Shown: piece by piece, positions 35,201 to 50,200 of the stretch
Layout of the letters: the number at the start of each line of letters is the position of its first letter
Numbering within the stretch: the stretch's first letter is position 1
Assembly: GCF_964204645.1 (NCBI RefSeq)
Contig: NC_134025.1
Span: 19,567,101 to 19,631,100, forward strand
From: Tubulanus polymorphus
Lineage: Eukaryota; Animalia; Nemertea
Direction: 5' to 3'
DNA length: 64,000 nt
Notes under the pieces: generated by a model
Told to the model about the DNA's origin: nothing
The model's input: only the letters and a program-made list of their open reading frames with translations
The model's database searches: none
Program-made: the position numbers and the translations under genes

Positions 35201-38200
35201 ATGAAAACTTTATGAAAAGATTTAATGAAATTGATAGTAAATGATAAGAAAAGAATGATAAAAGACCTGTTTTTGTAAATAGCAGTACAGACCAGTTTTG
35301 AATGAATTTTTCAGTCGACGCCGATGAAATTCGAAGGTTAGGAAAACGATTTAAGAAACTTGATCTCGACAACTCGGGCTCGCTGAGCGTAGAAGAATTT
35401 ATGTCGTTACCAGAATTGCAACAGAACCCCCTAGTACAAAGAGTAATAGATATATTTGATACTGACGGAAATGGAGAAGTAGATTTTAAAGGTTGGTTGA
35501 GAAATTGTTGTGTACTATGTTGGAAATATTTGCTTGATAATGCTAATGTGAATTATCTTGGACAAACTTTTTGTATTCCATAACTGTATTCTTTGTTATA
35601 CTATTATGTCATGCATTTTTACTGGGCTGGACTACATAGCTTCAAAGCATATTTTTTTACCGAGGCACACAGTTCAGCGAAAGGGACCATGCCTGTTTTG
35701 ACACTGGCCAAATTTGGCCAGACCAGGCTGATGTCAAATTTGAGTAGGGGCCAGTTATTCCTTATGAGCACAACTGGTTCTGGTAGTGACTCGTCTGGCA
35801 TGTCACAGCAACATTTTGATGACATTTTAATATTGATTGAGTGATCCACAATATGTGAATGTACTCTCTAACAAGGCACAAGTCAAATTTGACTTGAGTC
35901 TAGTCCTGGCCAAATCGTCTTTATATGATCGCAGCGTATATCTTCCCAATTGAGTCTGTAGAAATTAAATAGTTTTTTTAAAACATACAGTGGAACCTCG
36001 TTATAACAACCTCGCATATAATGATTTATCAGTTATTCTTAAACTAAAAACTTAAAGGAAAATTTTGATAATGTCATACTGGATATAATAAACTATCGGT
36101 TGTAACGAATTCTCCCCTGAAGTTGCTTGTAACGAGGTTCCACTGTAAGATGTACAATACCTCATAATCCCCTGGGCTAAGGATATAGAAGTGCATTGAG
36201 TTGTTGCAAAAATACTATTGACATCAACAACGGTACTTGGACATCTAGAGTGGGATATAAGATTTTGTGTGTGCTTGCAAGTTGTTGCGGTGATGTTAGG
36301 ACTCATTCCTGGAATCGCCATGGTAACAGTATCTCGGGCAAGACTAAACACTCCCTTTGACGATGTATTATATTTAGCTCTAAAGTCCACTCTTCACAAT
36401 TGAATAATACCTGTTACCATTTGAATCATACTTGTTTGTGTTTCATTACACTAAATCTAATAATGATGATCACTGATGAATTAATTATTCACTGCACTAA
36501 GATATCAACAAACATGATTGGCCTTATTCTACACATTCACAGCTGGAGCTTACATAATTCAGTTCTACTATATCAGGGAATTATTGATCTGTTGCAAATG
36601 CAGAATTAGCATTTCTGAGGTCAGATATGCCAAAGTGGCATTCATATTGGCATTAACCAACTCTTACTGGTTCTACCTGTGGCATAGATTAGGCATTGTT
36701 GGCTCATGGTACTAGTTGTGCAATATATCACTAGCTCTTGCAAGGTGCTCAAATAACTAGAATATCATGAACCAGTTACAGGGAGTTGAATTTGATGGCA
36801 TAGAACTTACCTGTTTTATTCTGAAATGAACATTTTGACTCTCAGTAGCTTATCGAATATGTAAAATTCTATAGGCCTATGGTATCTCGGTTATGATAAA
36901 TTTTCAAAATTGTTTCTATATCTTTCTATGTCTATTTGACCATACAAAGTAAATACTTCATATAGTTCCTATTATTTTCATCTTTTAAAATATTTTAATG
37001 GATCAAATGTGAATATCTTCTTAATTGGGGTATTCATTGTTCAACTATATTTGTTGCTGTTAGCTGGGAGTAACATACAAATACGGGCCACATGCACTGA
37101 TGTATTACTATTGTAGGCTGTGGAATAAAGTGATTTATCTAGATCACCAATATTTGTCATGAAATTGATATAATGTGCTGCTATATCTGCAGGTGCAGAT
37201 ACAGACTGTCGCACATGCAGCACTTACCATAGTCGCTGTTTTCAAATGCCCTTGAAAATTTTTTGTTTCGGGAAAAAAGTAAATAATGGAGCACACAATC
37301 AGTGAGCCATAAGAAATAATTGCCTTTCTGTATTAGGCCTAAAGAAAAATGTGAATGAAAATGAATTTTCCAAAATAAAAAAAGGCAATCTAAGGCACTC
37401 TCATTTGCTCAAAAGGGCACTATTCTAAAATATATTATTTGTTGCTCCATAAGTTTAATCGTAAAAGGGCAGATTTTGACATAAATCTAAAAAAGGCACA
37501 AGCAAATTGAATGTGAAGACAAAATTTAGCGACATGATACCAATAAATGGCACTCAAACTGAAACTCGCTCGCTGGACATTAATACTGGCCCTTTTCAAA
37601 GTTGGTGCCCTTTTTTCACTGTGCTATATATAGTCATTGAATTGCCCTGGATCTGTGCCTGATCTGTAGTAGGCATACATGGAACATTAATTTTTGAAAT
37701 ATATGCTCTTGAAATAGTGTAATTATTTTTCATATTTTAGAATTTATAGAAGGAATGTCTCAGTTTAGTGTAAAAGGTGATAAAGAATCTAAATTGCGTT
37801 GTAAGTATATTTGTTAAATAAGCAGGGGCCATTTTGCACAGTGATGGCTTAGATTTAAGATCATCCCAGGTCATCGTTCAGCCAATCAAATTACTTTAGA
37901 CCAGCATCCAGATTTCAGATCAGTTTTGCCTAAAGTCACAACTTCGCAACTAAGCCCTGAGGCTAAGATTTGTCAGTTCTATAGTTGTGGGTTTTTTAAG
38001 TATTTTTTTATTTCGATGAAAGGCCAGTGGTTTTGATAAAAGAATATGAAAATGTATATCATAAAACGAGGCCTATTGTGTTTAGTCGTAATGGACTGTT
38101 GTATTGGTAGTGCTAATCAGTTATTAGCTAGTGGAAGTAACTAAGAGTTAGTTGGCTTGATGACATCATTGCTTCTTACATCAGCACTGTATAGCCAGTG

Positions 38201-41200
38201 TACGTTTAATAATCAATACTGCTGAAACATAGTATTGCTTCAATCCAAAGTACATTATTCAGGCAAGCATCATCAACATGTAACAGACTATAAAAGCCAA
38301 TAGCAGTTGTAGTTCAGAGAGAAACAATTTATTTTTGGTAAAAAACTAAGATGACTGATTGGGGGCCATTTTTGGCATGTATATCTACGTGATGAATTCT
38401 GTGCGAACAAATCCTCTTGTTGTATTTTGAAGTAACTAGGTACAACTATTTGGTATAGCATGTAGTTATGCACCTGCGATAACTATGCATTATTGTGTGT
38501 TATTGCGCACAATTTATCTTAATGAAAAAATCAAAGATGGTTTACAGGAGGCTGTTTGGCATCTATCTACGTAGTGAAGTTAGTGTATACAACTGTTAGG
38601 TCGTTTTTTCTATTTTTGACGAAACTGGATATAACTATTTATTTTGGTATGATCTGCATCGGCAATTTATTTTGTGAAGAAATCACAGGTGGTATACTGG
38701 CGGCCATTTTTTAAAATCTTAAATTATGGATTGACCCCCGTTATTTAGTGTCCTTTAACAGACCCAACACACCTGTGGGGAGCGAAACAGCTACTGGCGA
38801 CCATTTTCGCATCTTTGTATGTGGGGAATTTTGCGCAACAATTCCTAGGTCTTTCGTTGTATCTTGATGAAACTTGGTTCACATTGAGCATATGTAGTTG
38901 TGCACCTACGATTTATTTGTTAAAAAAAATTAAACATGGCTAAACAATTTGGTATTATCTTTGTAGGTATCTTACATGGAAAACTAAGGCCTTTCATACT
39001 GTACAGCTTTTTCGGGGATATAAGTATGGGAAACACAGTCATGACTAGATTTTATCTCCATTTCAGTTGCATTCAAAATCTATGATATGGATAAAGATGG
39101 TTATATATCAAATGGTGAGCTGTTCCAAGTTTTAAAAATGATGGTCGGCAGTAACCTGAAAGACGCCCAACTTCAACAGATAGTAGATAAAACCATTATA
39201 CACGCCGATACTGATGGTGATGGGAAAATATCTTTTGAAGAGTTCTGTGCCGTAAGTCTTCACATTTTTTTGTTGATGTCAATGTTTACTTATAGATACG
39301 TATGTGTATGTTATTTTTTTTTTTAGTGTGCACATAGTAATTTATTGGTATTCTATTTTATCGCAGAAATATTATGTCTCCTCATAGTTCAGGGGCAAAT
39401 TAGCTCCTCACAATATTCCAATCGGTTTGTGATGACCATGAGCACTGCTCATTACTGAAAGAGTGTGTCTGCCTGTTTTTGCATTCCTGTCATGATCAGA
39501 TGAATGTCAGGAAAAATGGTTTATTTTCTTGAAAAAACCTCGCTAACCTTTTTGTCACGCTAATGTTGTGATTGTTTTTATTCCACCAAGGCTTCAAACT
39601 AATTTTTTATTGCTGCTTCATGTTTCGAATTGTATTTAATCAAATCTTGAGACCATCCATCCCTCCGCTTCTTCCTTTCATTATAAAAATCATGGCAAAA
39701 GATTTGCAGTTTTTGAACTTCATCTAAAGTTTTGATGTTTTTATACTTTCTGGATTGTCCCTCACAGAGCTTTCAGATTTAAAGTAATACTGCTTCATAC
39801 ACTGGTCAATAGTGTTTGTGTTTTTGTGTGGTCTCAATGCGTTCAAGTCCGAACTCCTGCAAGGGAAGATGCATACGTAAATGGGAAGTCACTATTTGCC
39901 TAAGGCATTGTTGTATTATTAAGGTGATTCCATTTATTACTTTCAGTTAAGGGTCAATTTAGCTGGTAGTAACATATTCATGATGTCACAGTTTGTGACA
40001 ATGACCAGCATGAGTATTGAAAACTGATCAACATCAGCTATCCATGCACTTCTGCCAAATCGAATCATTTGATTTCCTCTGGACGATTAAGTGCAGCACT
40101 TTCTAATCTTTTAACAGAAGTATAATGTATTATTACTTTTGTTATATTATGATTAGAATGCATTTTCATCTATTAGATAAGTCTTACATTTTCTTATCTC
40201 TAGAATCAATTTCACAGATGATTGTTTCTTGTATTTTTATATTTAGTTGAACAAATCATTTGTTCAAATCAATGATTTTATCTGATGAATAGAACCTATC
40301 TGCTATATGGCTCTCTTCACTTTTTATCATAATTTATTACTCAGCTTATACCAAAAATTAACAATGTTTTTGCTTTGCTCTGCCATGCATTAATTTTGTG
40401 ACATGTGTTGTTTATTATGTTTTTTAGGCTGTGGGACATACAGAGTTAACCTTTAGCACACTGCAAATCTAAGTAGGTTCTTGCTACTCCACCTGCCCTT
40501 CTATTATCAATGATATAACATCATAAAACCATTCATAATGCTAACCATGTATAATGCTTACAGTTATTTTCATGAAACCTTCAGTCATTGCATAGAATTC
40601 AGTCCATCCCTGAGCCTGTTACTAAGGAAACATTGCACACCTCCAGGCTCTGTTAATGTGAGGATGTAAGATTTATAAAGCAATTGAATGAACATTGTTG
40701 TATCATCAAGTAGATTTTATTTAGTGGTTCTGCTAGTTCGGCTGCAGAAAATGAAATACGTGAAATGTTCTTCAGTTATGCTAAGTTAATTCCTGCTACA
40801 AATGTTGATAAAGATAGATTTATGACCTCTAGCATTGACTGAGCATGTTACATCAAAATGCATGTCACTACCAGTATTTGTTCTTATGGTATTTTGTGGT
40901 GCATACGACCTTGGCTGATGGTTTCACCCGTTACCTTGATCACACTGCCTACCCCGCTTTGTTTGTTTTTTTTTTTTCATTTTTTATGACAATCCTGTGT
41001 TAATCATCATTTGACCAACAAGATTTTAAGAACTTTTAACAGTGGGCACTAGTAAGAATAACCAGAGTCATCTTCAGAATTGATTTTAACATTGTACTTA
41101 GCTATTGGTCATTTGATGTTTTAATGAATTTTTCATTCTTTAATCGAAGCTCTCAGCGTATCCTATAGGTATAATGATAGCTCTAGCCTCTACTCTGATG

Positions 41201-44200
41201 CCTCCCTTTCTCACAGATAAGATTCTCTGTAATGTATGTCCATGTAATGTGAAACAGGCTATATTGTATGGATGACTGATTGTGTGCTGCATGCAACTAA
41301 CATAAAACTCTTGTTGCACAAATGAGATAATATGAACCATGCACAACCCTATATTTCCTGATAATCAATGAATTAAAAAATTGAATGATAATCTATATAC
41401 AGAGCATTTCATAAAAAAACCAGACCCTCAGAGAATGCTCCATAACTCTGGTCGAAGTGGATGTAAGAAGCAAATTTTCTCGGGAAATTGCAGATTGGGG
41501 TATTGGGTTGCTGCCCACAGAAAAGAATAAGTGTATGACAAACCACTAGGGAGAAACAGAGCGTGAGTGAACACTAACAAATTTTGCTTGCGCATAGCTG
41601 ACAACTAGTGATTGAAAGAATCAACAGGATACAGGTCTTATTAATTCTTTGCGTATTTTGCTTTGAACATGACAAAAATTATAAGACTGTTCAGTTATTG
41701 GGTTTCCATAATTACATAATATTGATGTGTGTATATTATAAATACATACGTACGTACATACGTACATACATACATACATACATACATACGGATCCAAAAT
41801 GTCGACTGCCCGTAAATGTATTTTTTATATTTGAATAAAATAAATTATAACTATTGAAAAATCTTTCTACCGAGAAAAATATCTGCTCCTTCAAGGATTC
41901 GAACCCGCTTTTAATTGTTTGTTTGAAGATTTCAACAACCAATCAGAATCTTCGATACATTTGTTATAAATCAAACATGGCTTCCGCATCAAACTGATAT
42001 TAATTTTTGCTAGATTCCGGTCCCGAGAATTTCTCAGATGCACGGAAATTGCCTCAAATTTAGAAAATTTTCGAAGCATGGCTTCGCGCCTACGGCGCTC
42101 GAGGGGACAGAATGAGGCCAAATTGATTTCTGATATTTTTGGTAACTACTGTTGGGATCCCTGATCAAGGAAATGCACTGTTAAGGATATCTTGGGAAGA
42201 TAAAGTCTGAGTAACCAGCTGAAACCTACCGGTAAGTAACTACATTGCCAGAATGTTTTGAGTTCATATGAATGAGTTCATAATGCACAATTTGTTATAT
42301 AAGCCGCGATCATATGGAGACTATTTGGCCCAGGCCAAATTGGCACTGATCAGGCTCGGGCCAAATTTGGCCTGTGCCTAATTAGAGAGCGAGTTCATAT
42401 GCAAATCATTGACTCGATACTAAACAATGCTCAAACAAAGCGAAGTGGATCATTTCCGGTGGCAGTTGCAATTCAGTTTAGAATTAGGCTCGGGCCTGGT
42501 CCGACGTTTTTGGTTGGGCCAAATTTGACTTGGGGCCCATTTGGCACCCGTGTGAACAGTTGTTCCGGGCCAAATTTGGCACTGGCCAAAAATGCTCGTG
42601 TGATTGCGGCTATAATATCAATTATGTATCCTGTTGATTCTGTTTTCAATCGCTTGTGCTCAGCTTTGTGTAAGTAGAAATTAAGCCGAGTTTAGTCACG
42701 CTCTGATTCTCCCTATTTGTTCGTCCATTATCGATATTTTTTGTGGATAGCTTTCACTGCAATCTCATTAAATTTTGGCTTTATATGCAGTGGAACCTTG
42801 GTACAGCGAACTTCACAGGACCAGAAATGATGTTTGTTATAACCGATAGTTCATTATATCCAGTATGAAATTAATTGAATTTTCTTACTCTGGACGAAAT
42901 TCTATATTTGTAATATCCAATAAATCATATCCGAGTTCGTTGTAATGTTGTATTGTCTTCTACTCAACCAGTAGGCCATTTTCTGAGGGTCAGGTTTTTT
43001 ATGAAACACCCTTAGATAAACACATAAGATTTTTGTGACGAGATGACTTTCTTTTTTCCAAGAAATGAGTTAAGCTCACAAATTCAAAAGTCTATCTTCG
43101 GAATTTTCTGAATTGATTATATCTACGGTAAGATATCATTGCACTGTATAGTTTTGACTCGTAAAATAAGTACATGTATTTGCTCATTCACAGTAATCCT
43201 TGCGTTGTTGGTACTAATGCAATTGCATATTTTTTTTTCGCTGTTAACATTGGCACTGGTTGTGATATTTTTAGATTCAGTGTACTGAATCTATTAGTAT
43301 AAAACAGAGTGCTGAATTCGTGTTGACCGCTATCTCCTCCGAGTGTGAAATGATTCATTCTGCAAACTTTTTTGCCTGGTTCATATGTTCCACTCCAAAC
43401 TAAATGAAGTATGATTTTTTCGATGTAGATAAGGCAAATGAAGTTCATCACCTTAAATTTTAACTTAAGTTCACTGCGTCTTGATCTTGGCTAAATATGA
43501 TCCAGGCATTCACTTGGACCTTATGCCTAGGACAAGTTTCAATGAATTCAACAACAGAGTAGATATTTCTTTGTGTCTATTGAGACCTACCAAGATGATG
43601 GAAATATTCAGTCATCAAGTTGAGATATAAAAAAAAAGAAATCATTTTCATTGACTGCAGATGTCAAACACAGCAAACACAGACCAGCATGTGTACGAAA
43701 GTCAACCTGGTCTCCTAACTTGTCTCTTAATTCATGGACTGTTATAGATGAAGATGTTACCAAATATCATATGATTTCAAAATGGTGCTGTCAAATATTT
43801 TTAACACTGGTATTTACAGTCCTGAATGTCATATTACATATATTTGATTAGGGATTGCTGTTGCATGTGTAAATGCTTCACAGAATTGTTTGTCTAAAGT
43901 AGGCCTACATGGTGAACTGCAATTGTGAAGCCTAGAGGGCAATTCATAAAGTATGTACCTTAAAGGCTGGCTTCTGTCGACAAGCAAAGCGATGCCTACC
44001 GACGCAACTGGGTTTATCGCCGATTAGCGGCAACTAGCGGCCTACGAGAGACTGCCTGTTGCTGCTCTGTCGGTTCGACATAAGCTGGCTTGCGACGGCA
44101 ACCCGACACCTACCGACTCGTCGCAAGCCGTATCCGGCTAGTTGCCCACGTTCTACCCAGGCCTACGGTAGGCTGTCCGCCTTCTATCGATCGCAACCGA

Positions 44201-47200
44201 CATAAGCTCATCTGCGACGGAACTGAGCGTAGGGGCTCCAGCCAATTAGAGACCGAATATACATAATACAAATTATGACCGCTAGTTAGCGTCATTCGTA
44301 ATTAGTCATAAACTTCAAATTCAAGTAGTTCAAAACATAAACCCTTCAGCATGGCAGATGACTGGACCGAAAATCTAGAAATGAAATTGGTAGAATTATG
44401 GTGTGAGTGGCCATCTTTATGTGATGTCGCTAGCACATTGTATTCAAAACAGAATCAGAAAGATAAAAGATCTTAAAGAAATAGCTTTTCTAATAGAAAT
44501 ATATTCCCAAATAATTTAAAATAATTCAAACTTATTCTCAAAATGCTTATCACGTGACCATCTGAGCCGTTGCAGTTGCCAGTTATGGTAAACGACATAA
44601 GCAGGGAAGCAACTGGGAGGATTTCGTATCCCGCTAGTCGGCCTCAGTTGCTGCGAATCGGAGCGCAGTCGACATATGCCTGGCTGCGATCGCGGTTGCT
44701 CTCAGTAGCCTTAAGAATATATAATAAGAATATCTACAGAAGAAATCAGCTAGTATCCCTAAACGATATATCGGCTAGAGAGGAACTCTGGAGAACTCGA
44801 GGAGCTACTTTCTACAACGCAATGGATTTACACCTGGATCGGAGAGGTGGATGTCTATATTTTCATACAAGTGCCCACCCGGATCATTCGAGTTTGTGTT
44901 CGATATGTTGACGTTGTCAACGGCTAACATGTTGAGGCATTATTATTGGTTTCATAAATCCGATCAGAAAGAAGGGAGTCTTTTCTTTGATTGGGTTCAA
45001 TATGAAATTTTAATGTTATAAGAATTATAAATGAGACGTTAAGATGAGGTTATGAAATGAAATCATATTTAACATCTGTCCGTTTTCAACAGAAAAGTTC
45101 CCCGTTCACAATGAAAAAATGCCCTTCCGGAATTAAATTCAAAAAAGCTTGGCAAAAAATTGAAGAACTTAACTCTTCAGTTGGCGTCGTCACGCCTCAC
45201 GTGACAGCGTAAACAAAGAAACTGGGTCGTGGCCACGCCTCAAGTGACGGTTCCTATTACCCCCGATAGATGGCAAACTAGTCGAGTCTGGCTGCTTACA
45301 CTGAGTCAGCATGCTCTATAGAGAGCTCACAAGCGATTGTATATACTCTACACACACAGGCAGTATGTACTGGTTGTCGGCGACTTTTTTTGGTTGCGTG
45401 ACCTCAACTTGACCTCAGGTTTTGGGGGGTCCTACCTTGCACCCGTAGGTCCAAACTTTTTATAACTAACATTTTCTGGTAGAGATACCTATTAGCTTCA
45501 TAACAGATATTGGTTTTAGGAGGGTCTCTACACTGGAAATGTATCGACCTTTACATTGAAATATGAAGAAAAAATTAATTCCCCCAGATTGAATGGATAA
45601 TGAAGAAATATATCCCCTGGGATGCCCAAAGTACCAAAAAATTTGCTGAAAATTATATACCTTTGGGACTAGCCTAAATATGGTGCAAATAGTTTATCCC
45701 TATCAAAAATTTTGGTAACCAAGGGTGATGACCTACTTTTCTGAGCTGTCCCATATATGGAACACCGGGCATTTATGACTTGTACTAATACTTAACTTGA
45801 TTCAACAAAGAACACTAATTAGGCCACTAATGTATGCTATAATATCAATCAACTTTTATTCTTATTCCACTATTGTATAATAACTACAAATGGCTATAAA
45901 TGAACTCCTCGGCTAACCTCGGACATCGCTCAATTTACAGTTATTTTATATGATATGCTCTATAACAGTTACGGTTTTCAGTAAAACAAAGGAGAACTTC
46001 ACATTTCTCACATCTGGTGTCCGTTTTAGAACTACAAACTACGCAACGGGCCCTTTTATCTGCCTTCACAGGCCAATGAGCAACCTGATCATATCGGCTG
46101 TCAACGTCTGGCAAAACGCGTATCATTTTTGGAGGAACATATTGTGATGGTGAACCTGCTGCATCCGATGGCCGTCCCCTTCTCTTTGCCATGCCACATG
46201 TAACTAATGCTTTTGCTACCTGAGTTTGAAATACGCGGAGTTTTATTTTACTGGGCGTACCAAGGAGATTTGCATCGCGCTTATAAAGTAGCCATGCATT
46301 GATACAAGCTATACTAACATAATTCCAAAACAATATGGTATACCATCGTTTCGTTCTCATACGAAATTTACATTTAGCCAAATATGCGTCTAGCATATCT
46401 ACACCACCCATGTGGTTATTATACTCTTTTACCATGAATGGCCGACTGATCTCCTTATAGGCTTTGGCAGTCTTATCCCATCGTTTACATTTGTCTAACG
46501 GTTCAGGTCCTACATACGTTGACATCAAAGTTACCGCCTTTGTGTCCTTCCAGCGACAGCATACTACATTTTCTTTGTTCTCTACATAATAATCATATTC
46601 ACCTCTGGTTTTCAGCTGATTATCGGTTTTGAGTGGACAACCACTAACACGATTTGCCCTAACTGTACCAACATAATAAATTCCGCGTTGTACCAACTTC
46701 AACAAAAGTTGTAATGAGGTGAACAGGTTATCAGCAAAAACTATATAACCACAGTTATCGGCAAGGGATTGGCATAGTTTGAAGACAATATGAGTTCCAA
46801 GAGAATCAACCCGTTGTTCGGCACTATTTTTTCCTTGATACATCTCGAAATCATGTAAAAAGCCATCGCTACCGCACCTGGCCCACATTTTGAACCCCCA
46901 CGGATGAGGTTTTCCTCGGATATATTGACGAATTCCACTAAACTTCCCTTTATAGCTGATCATTTGCTCGTCAACGCACTGGTACTGTTCTGGAGTCACG
47001 AGAAGACATTGTTGTCGAAATTTATCAATAAATGGCTGCAACTTCCACACTTTATTTTTCTTCATATCATCCGTTACAGCTTCATTATTGACAAAGTGTA
47101 AATACCGCTGCAAGGTCTCGAACCTATTTCGCGGCATCACATCTGCGATAAACGGGATGCGAAGATTCACTTCCCAATACATGCGAACAGATCTCAACTG

Positions 47201-50200
47201 TATTAGACCCATTCTCAAATAAATTCCTAGGAATAGTTCAATCTCTTTGTAGTTTGTATTTACCGATTTATCTGGGCCTAATACTTGTGCACTATATAAA
47301 TTTGTATTTTCCACAATCAAATCTAACATGTCCCTCGTTATGAACTGGCTAAAATACCACAACGGCGTCTCAAGTTCAACCCCACGGCATATAGGTTCAA
47401 CGGCTGGGCCAGTAAAGTTTATAACTGGAGGTGTGAATTTTTTTTTTACCCACTTACAATCAGTTTTTGTACGGCTCACTACCTGACTCACACCAGCTAA
47501 TTGAGCAAGCGGAACATCGTCATCGCTTTCGCCATCGGCATCCTCATCACCATCGTCGCTATCAATATCAGATTCCCCTGCATTTCCGTCATAATCATCA
47601 TCGCTGCCCCAGCCATCATCATCATCAGATTCAGGGTCATTGCCAAAATCACTATCGTCGTCATCAATTACATCCAGAACTTGAACCAAACTGAATGCTT
47701 TTTATTTTGTCTAGACATGGTTTTTCATGATGAGACTCAAGTATTCACCAAATCACTAAAAATACAGAAAAGAATCAAAACATTAGCCATGAGGGCATAA
47801 AAAGGCTAAATCATAGTGCTGCAGTCCATACAAACCCAAAAAGTTCCATACAAAAAATCTTATCAATCATGCTGACACCAAACATTTCTGCCCGGTGTTC
47901 CACGGGTGGGACACCACTAAAACATCGGCTTTACACACTTCACTTTATCAGCTACACCCGATAACAATGACTCTAATTATTCTTTATTATTTGTTTTAGT
48001 AAAATAACATTACAAAAGTGGTCTAATTACCTGATTCCATGCGAAATTTTCACGATAATTTTGATTCGAATTTGCGTCATCCCAATTTCATGGGCGTGGC
48101 CATGTCGAATGCACTGCACAGACGGAAGATGTCGCAACCAGCTTCTGTTCGTGTGCCGCGGGTGGGACACCGGGCAGAAGCTGGTAGCAAAATATTATAA
48201 TTCGATCAAATCTTCACACAATTTTTTTTAAAGGGGGGTTGAAGGGGGTGTTCCATATATGGGACGGTGGGCGTCCCAGGGAAATTGTATTTCAAGATCG
48301 ATTTCTATGAAATCTTTAGTTGATTTGGTGTTTGGGAGGAATTTTTATTTGCTCTACAGAAAATTCATCCTTGACAATTGCGCAAGGTTCGCGAAAAAAA
48401 TGGTTTTACCAAATCGGGTGTATGACCTTGATATGCTAATTAGCCATGTGCCCGAATTGCAAATTCAATCAAATTTTATTCTGCCAAAAAAATGTTAAAT
48501 ACAATTCGCTTTCCGAGAGTTAATTGTATGCTGCATGGAACAAAGTTGTTTTGAGATGGGTCTTGAAGCTATTGAGGTCGAGAGATAACCATCTAGATAG
48601 TTCGTGAGAGTTCCAAAGTTTTGAAGAGGCTTCAAGGTAATGTCTTGATATTTGGTTTATACGTGTATCTACCCTAGACACATCTTCAGGCCAAAAACTG
48701 GCCCTGTCAGATTCAAGATGGCCGACTGGCAGCCATTGTTGTTCGCCAAAATCAGCACTTTTTACACATTTTTGAAGTTTTCGAGGGAAATTTTGAAGAC
48801 ACTTTTATCAATAACCTTGATCATTCGTATATATTTGTTTCCCCCGAGGGCCCATCGGCATGAGAAAAATTGGGTCGATCGGACTCAAGATGGCCGTACT
48901 GTGACCTTTTTTGTTCCCAAAATGTCAATTTTGGCCTGAATTCTGAGTACTGTAGCTTTCTAATGGTGTGCCATGTTTCATTGCAATTTGTAATGGGTAT
49001 TCTTTGGAAATGGATCTTTTATATCCGAGAGGGTATTTTTGACCAGGCAATTATGACGCACTTGGCGGCCATCTTGGAGTCATCAGTACTCATTCGTAGG
49101 TGGAAAAAAGTTTTTCCACATCATAATTGATACTTAAGCATATTTTGCAACTATAATCAATTGGAAAGTTGTAGCTCATGTTCTATGATCGAGGTGAGTT
49201 TCAAGCTCATTGGTTTTTGTTTATGGCCACCAGGGGGCGTTGAACAATACAATAACTTAGTATTTCTATATTACATTCGTACCTATGCATATTTTGCTAC
49301 CACAATCAATTGGAAAGATGTAGCTCATGACATGGTCTATGATCTTGGTGAGTTTCAAGCTCATTGGTTTTTGTATATGGCCACCAGGGGCGTTGAACAA
49401 TACAATAACTTAGTATTTCTATATTACATTCATTCCTGCTGTCTGTGTTAACACACGATTTTACTATGTAAATGATATTGAGCAGGGAGTGTATATTGAT
49501 AAATATAACCCACAGATTACATCATTTATAAAAAGCAAATCTGACAGGCTGGCCATTGTGCCCCTTGGGGCTCTTGTTAATAATAGTACTTTAAACGTTT
49601 CAAGGGGCTTTAGTTATTTTGCAATAAAGTTGTCAAGTGTCAAGTACCATATTGTACCAGGTATCAAAAGCATGAGCTGTTCTGCTAGTTTTAAGTTGTT
49701 ATATGTCATTTTCTCCCTGGATCCATTGAATTAATGAACATTATTTTGTTAAATCTTAGACTCCCAGCCGTCTAAGAAATTCTTTGAAAGTTGACGCTGG
49801 CCAAACTTAGTCAATTTTAAGAATATTTTTCTCGTTTGCTCTTTTTAATATCGCTGCCATTGTAGACATTTTCTTGTCCACCAGTCAACAGGTATGCAAT
49901 AGCTTAAAACTCATCTGAGTGTCATATAAGCTGGTGCCCTAAAATACCATCCATCAGTGCTGTTGGATCCGCTGTTTGGCAGCTGGTTTGAATGTCATTT
50001 GACCATTTTTAATTTTTAGCCCACTTGGGACTTTCATCCCAGCGGGCTATTGCGTTCACTTTTCGTCCGTGGTCCGTCCGTTCGTCCGTCCTTCCATAGA
50101 CGGAATCCAGTTATTTTGGGAAGTTTTGAAGACGCTTCAATGTAATGTCTTGATATTTGGGTTGCACATGTATCTACCCTGGACACATCTTCAGCCCAAA

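Noticed and set aside
47467-47800. His-rich and hydrophobic plus-strand ORFs
   Set aside because: They are antisense shadows of the Asp-rich (GAT)n transposase N-terminus.
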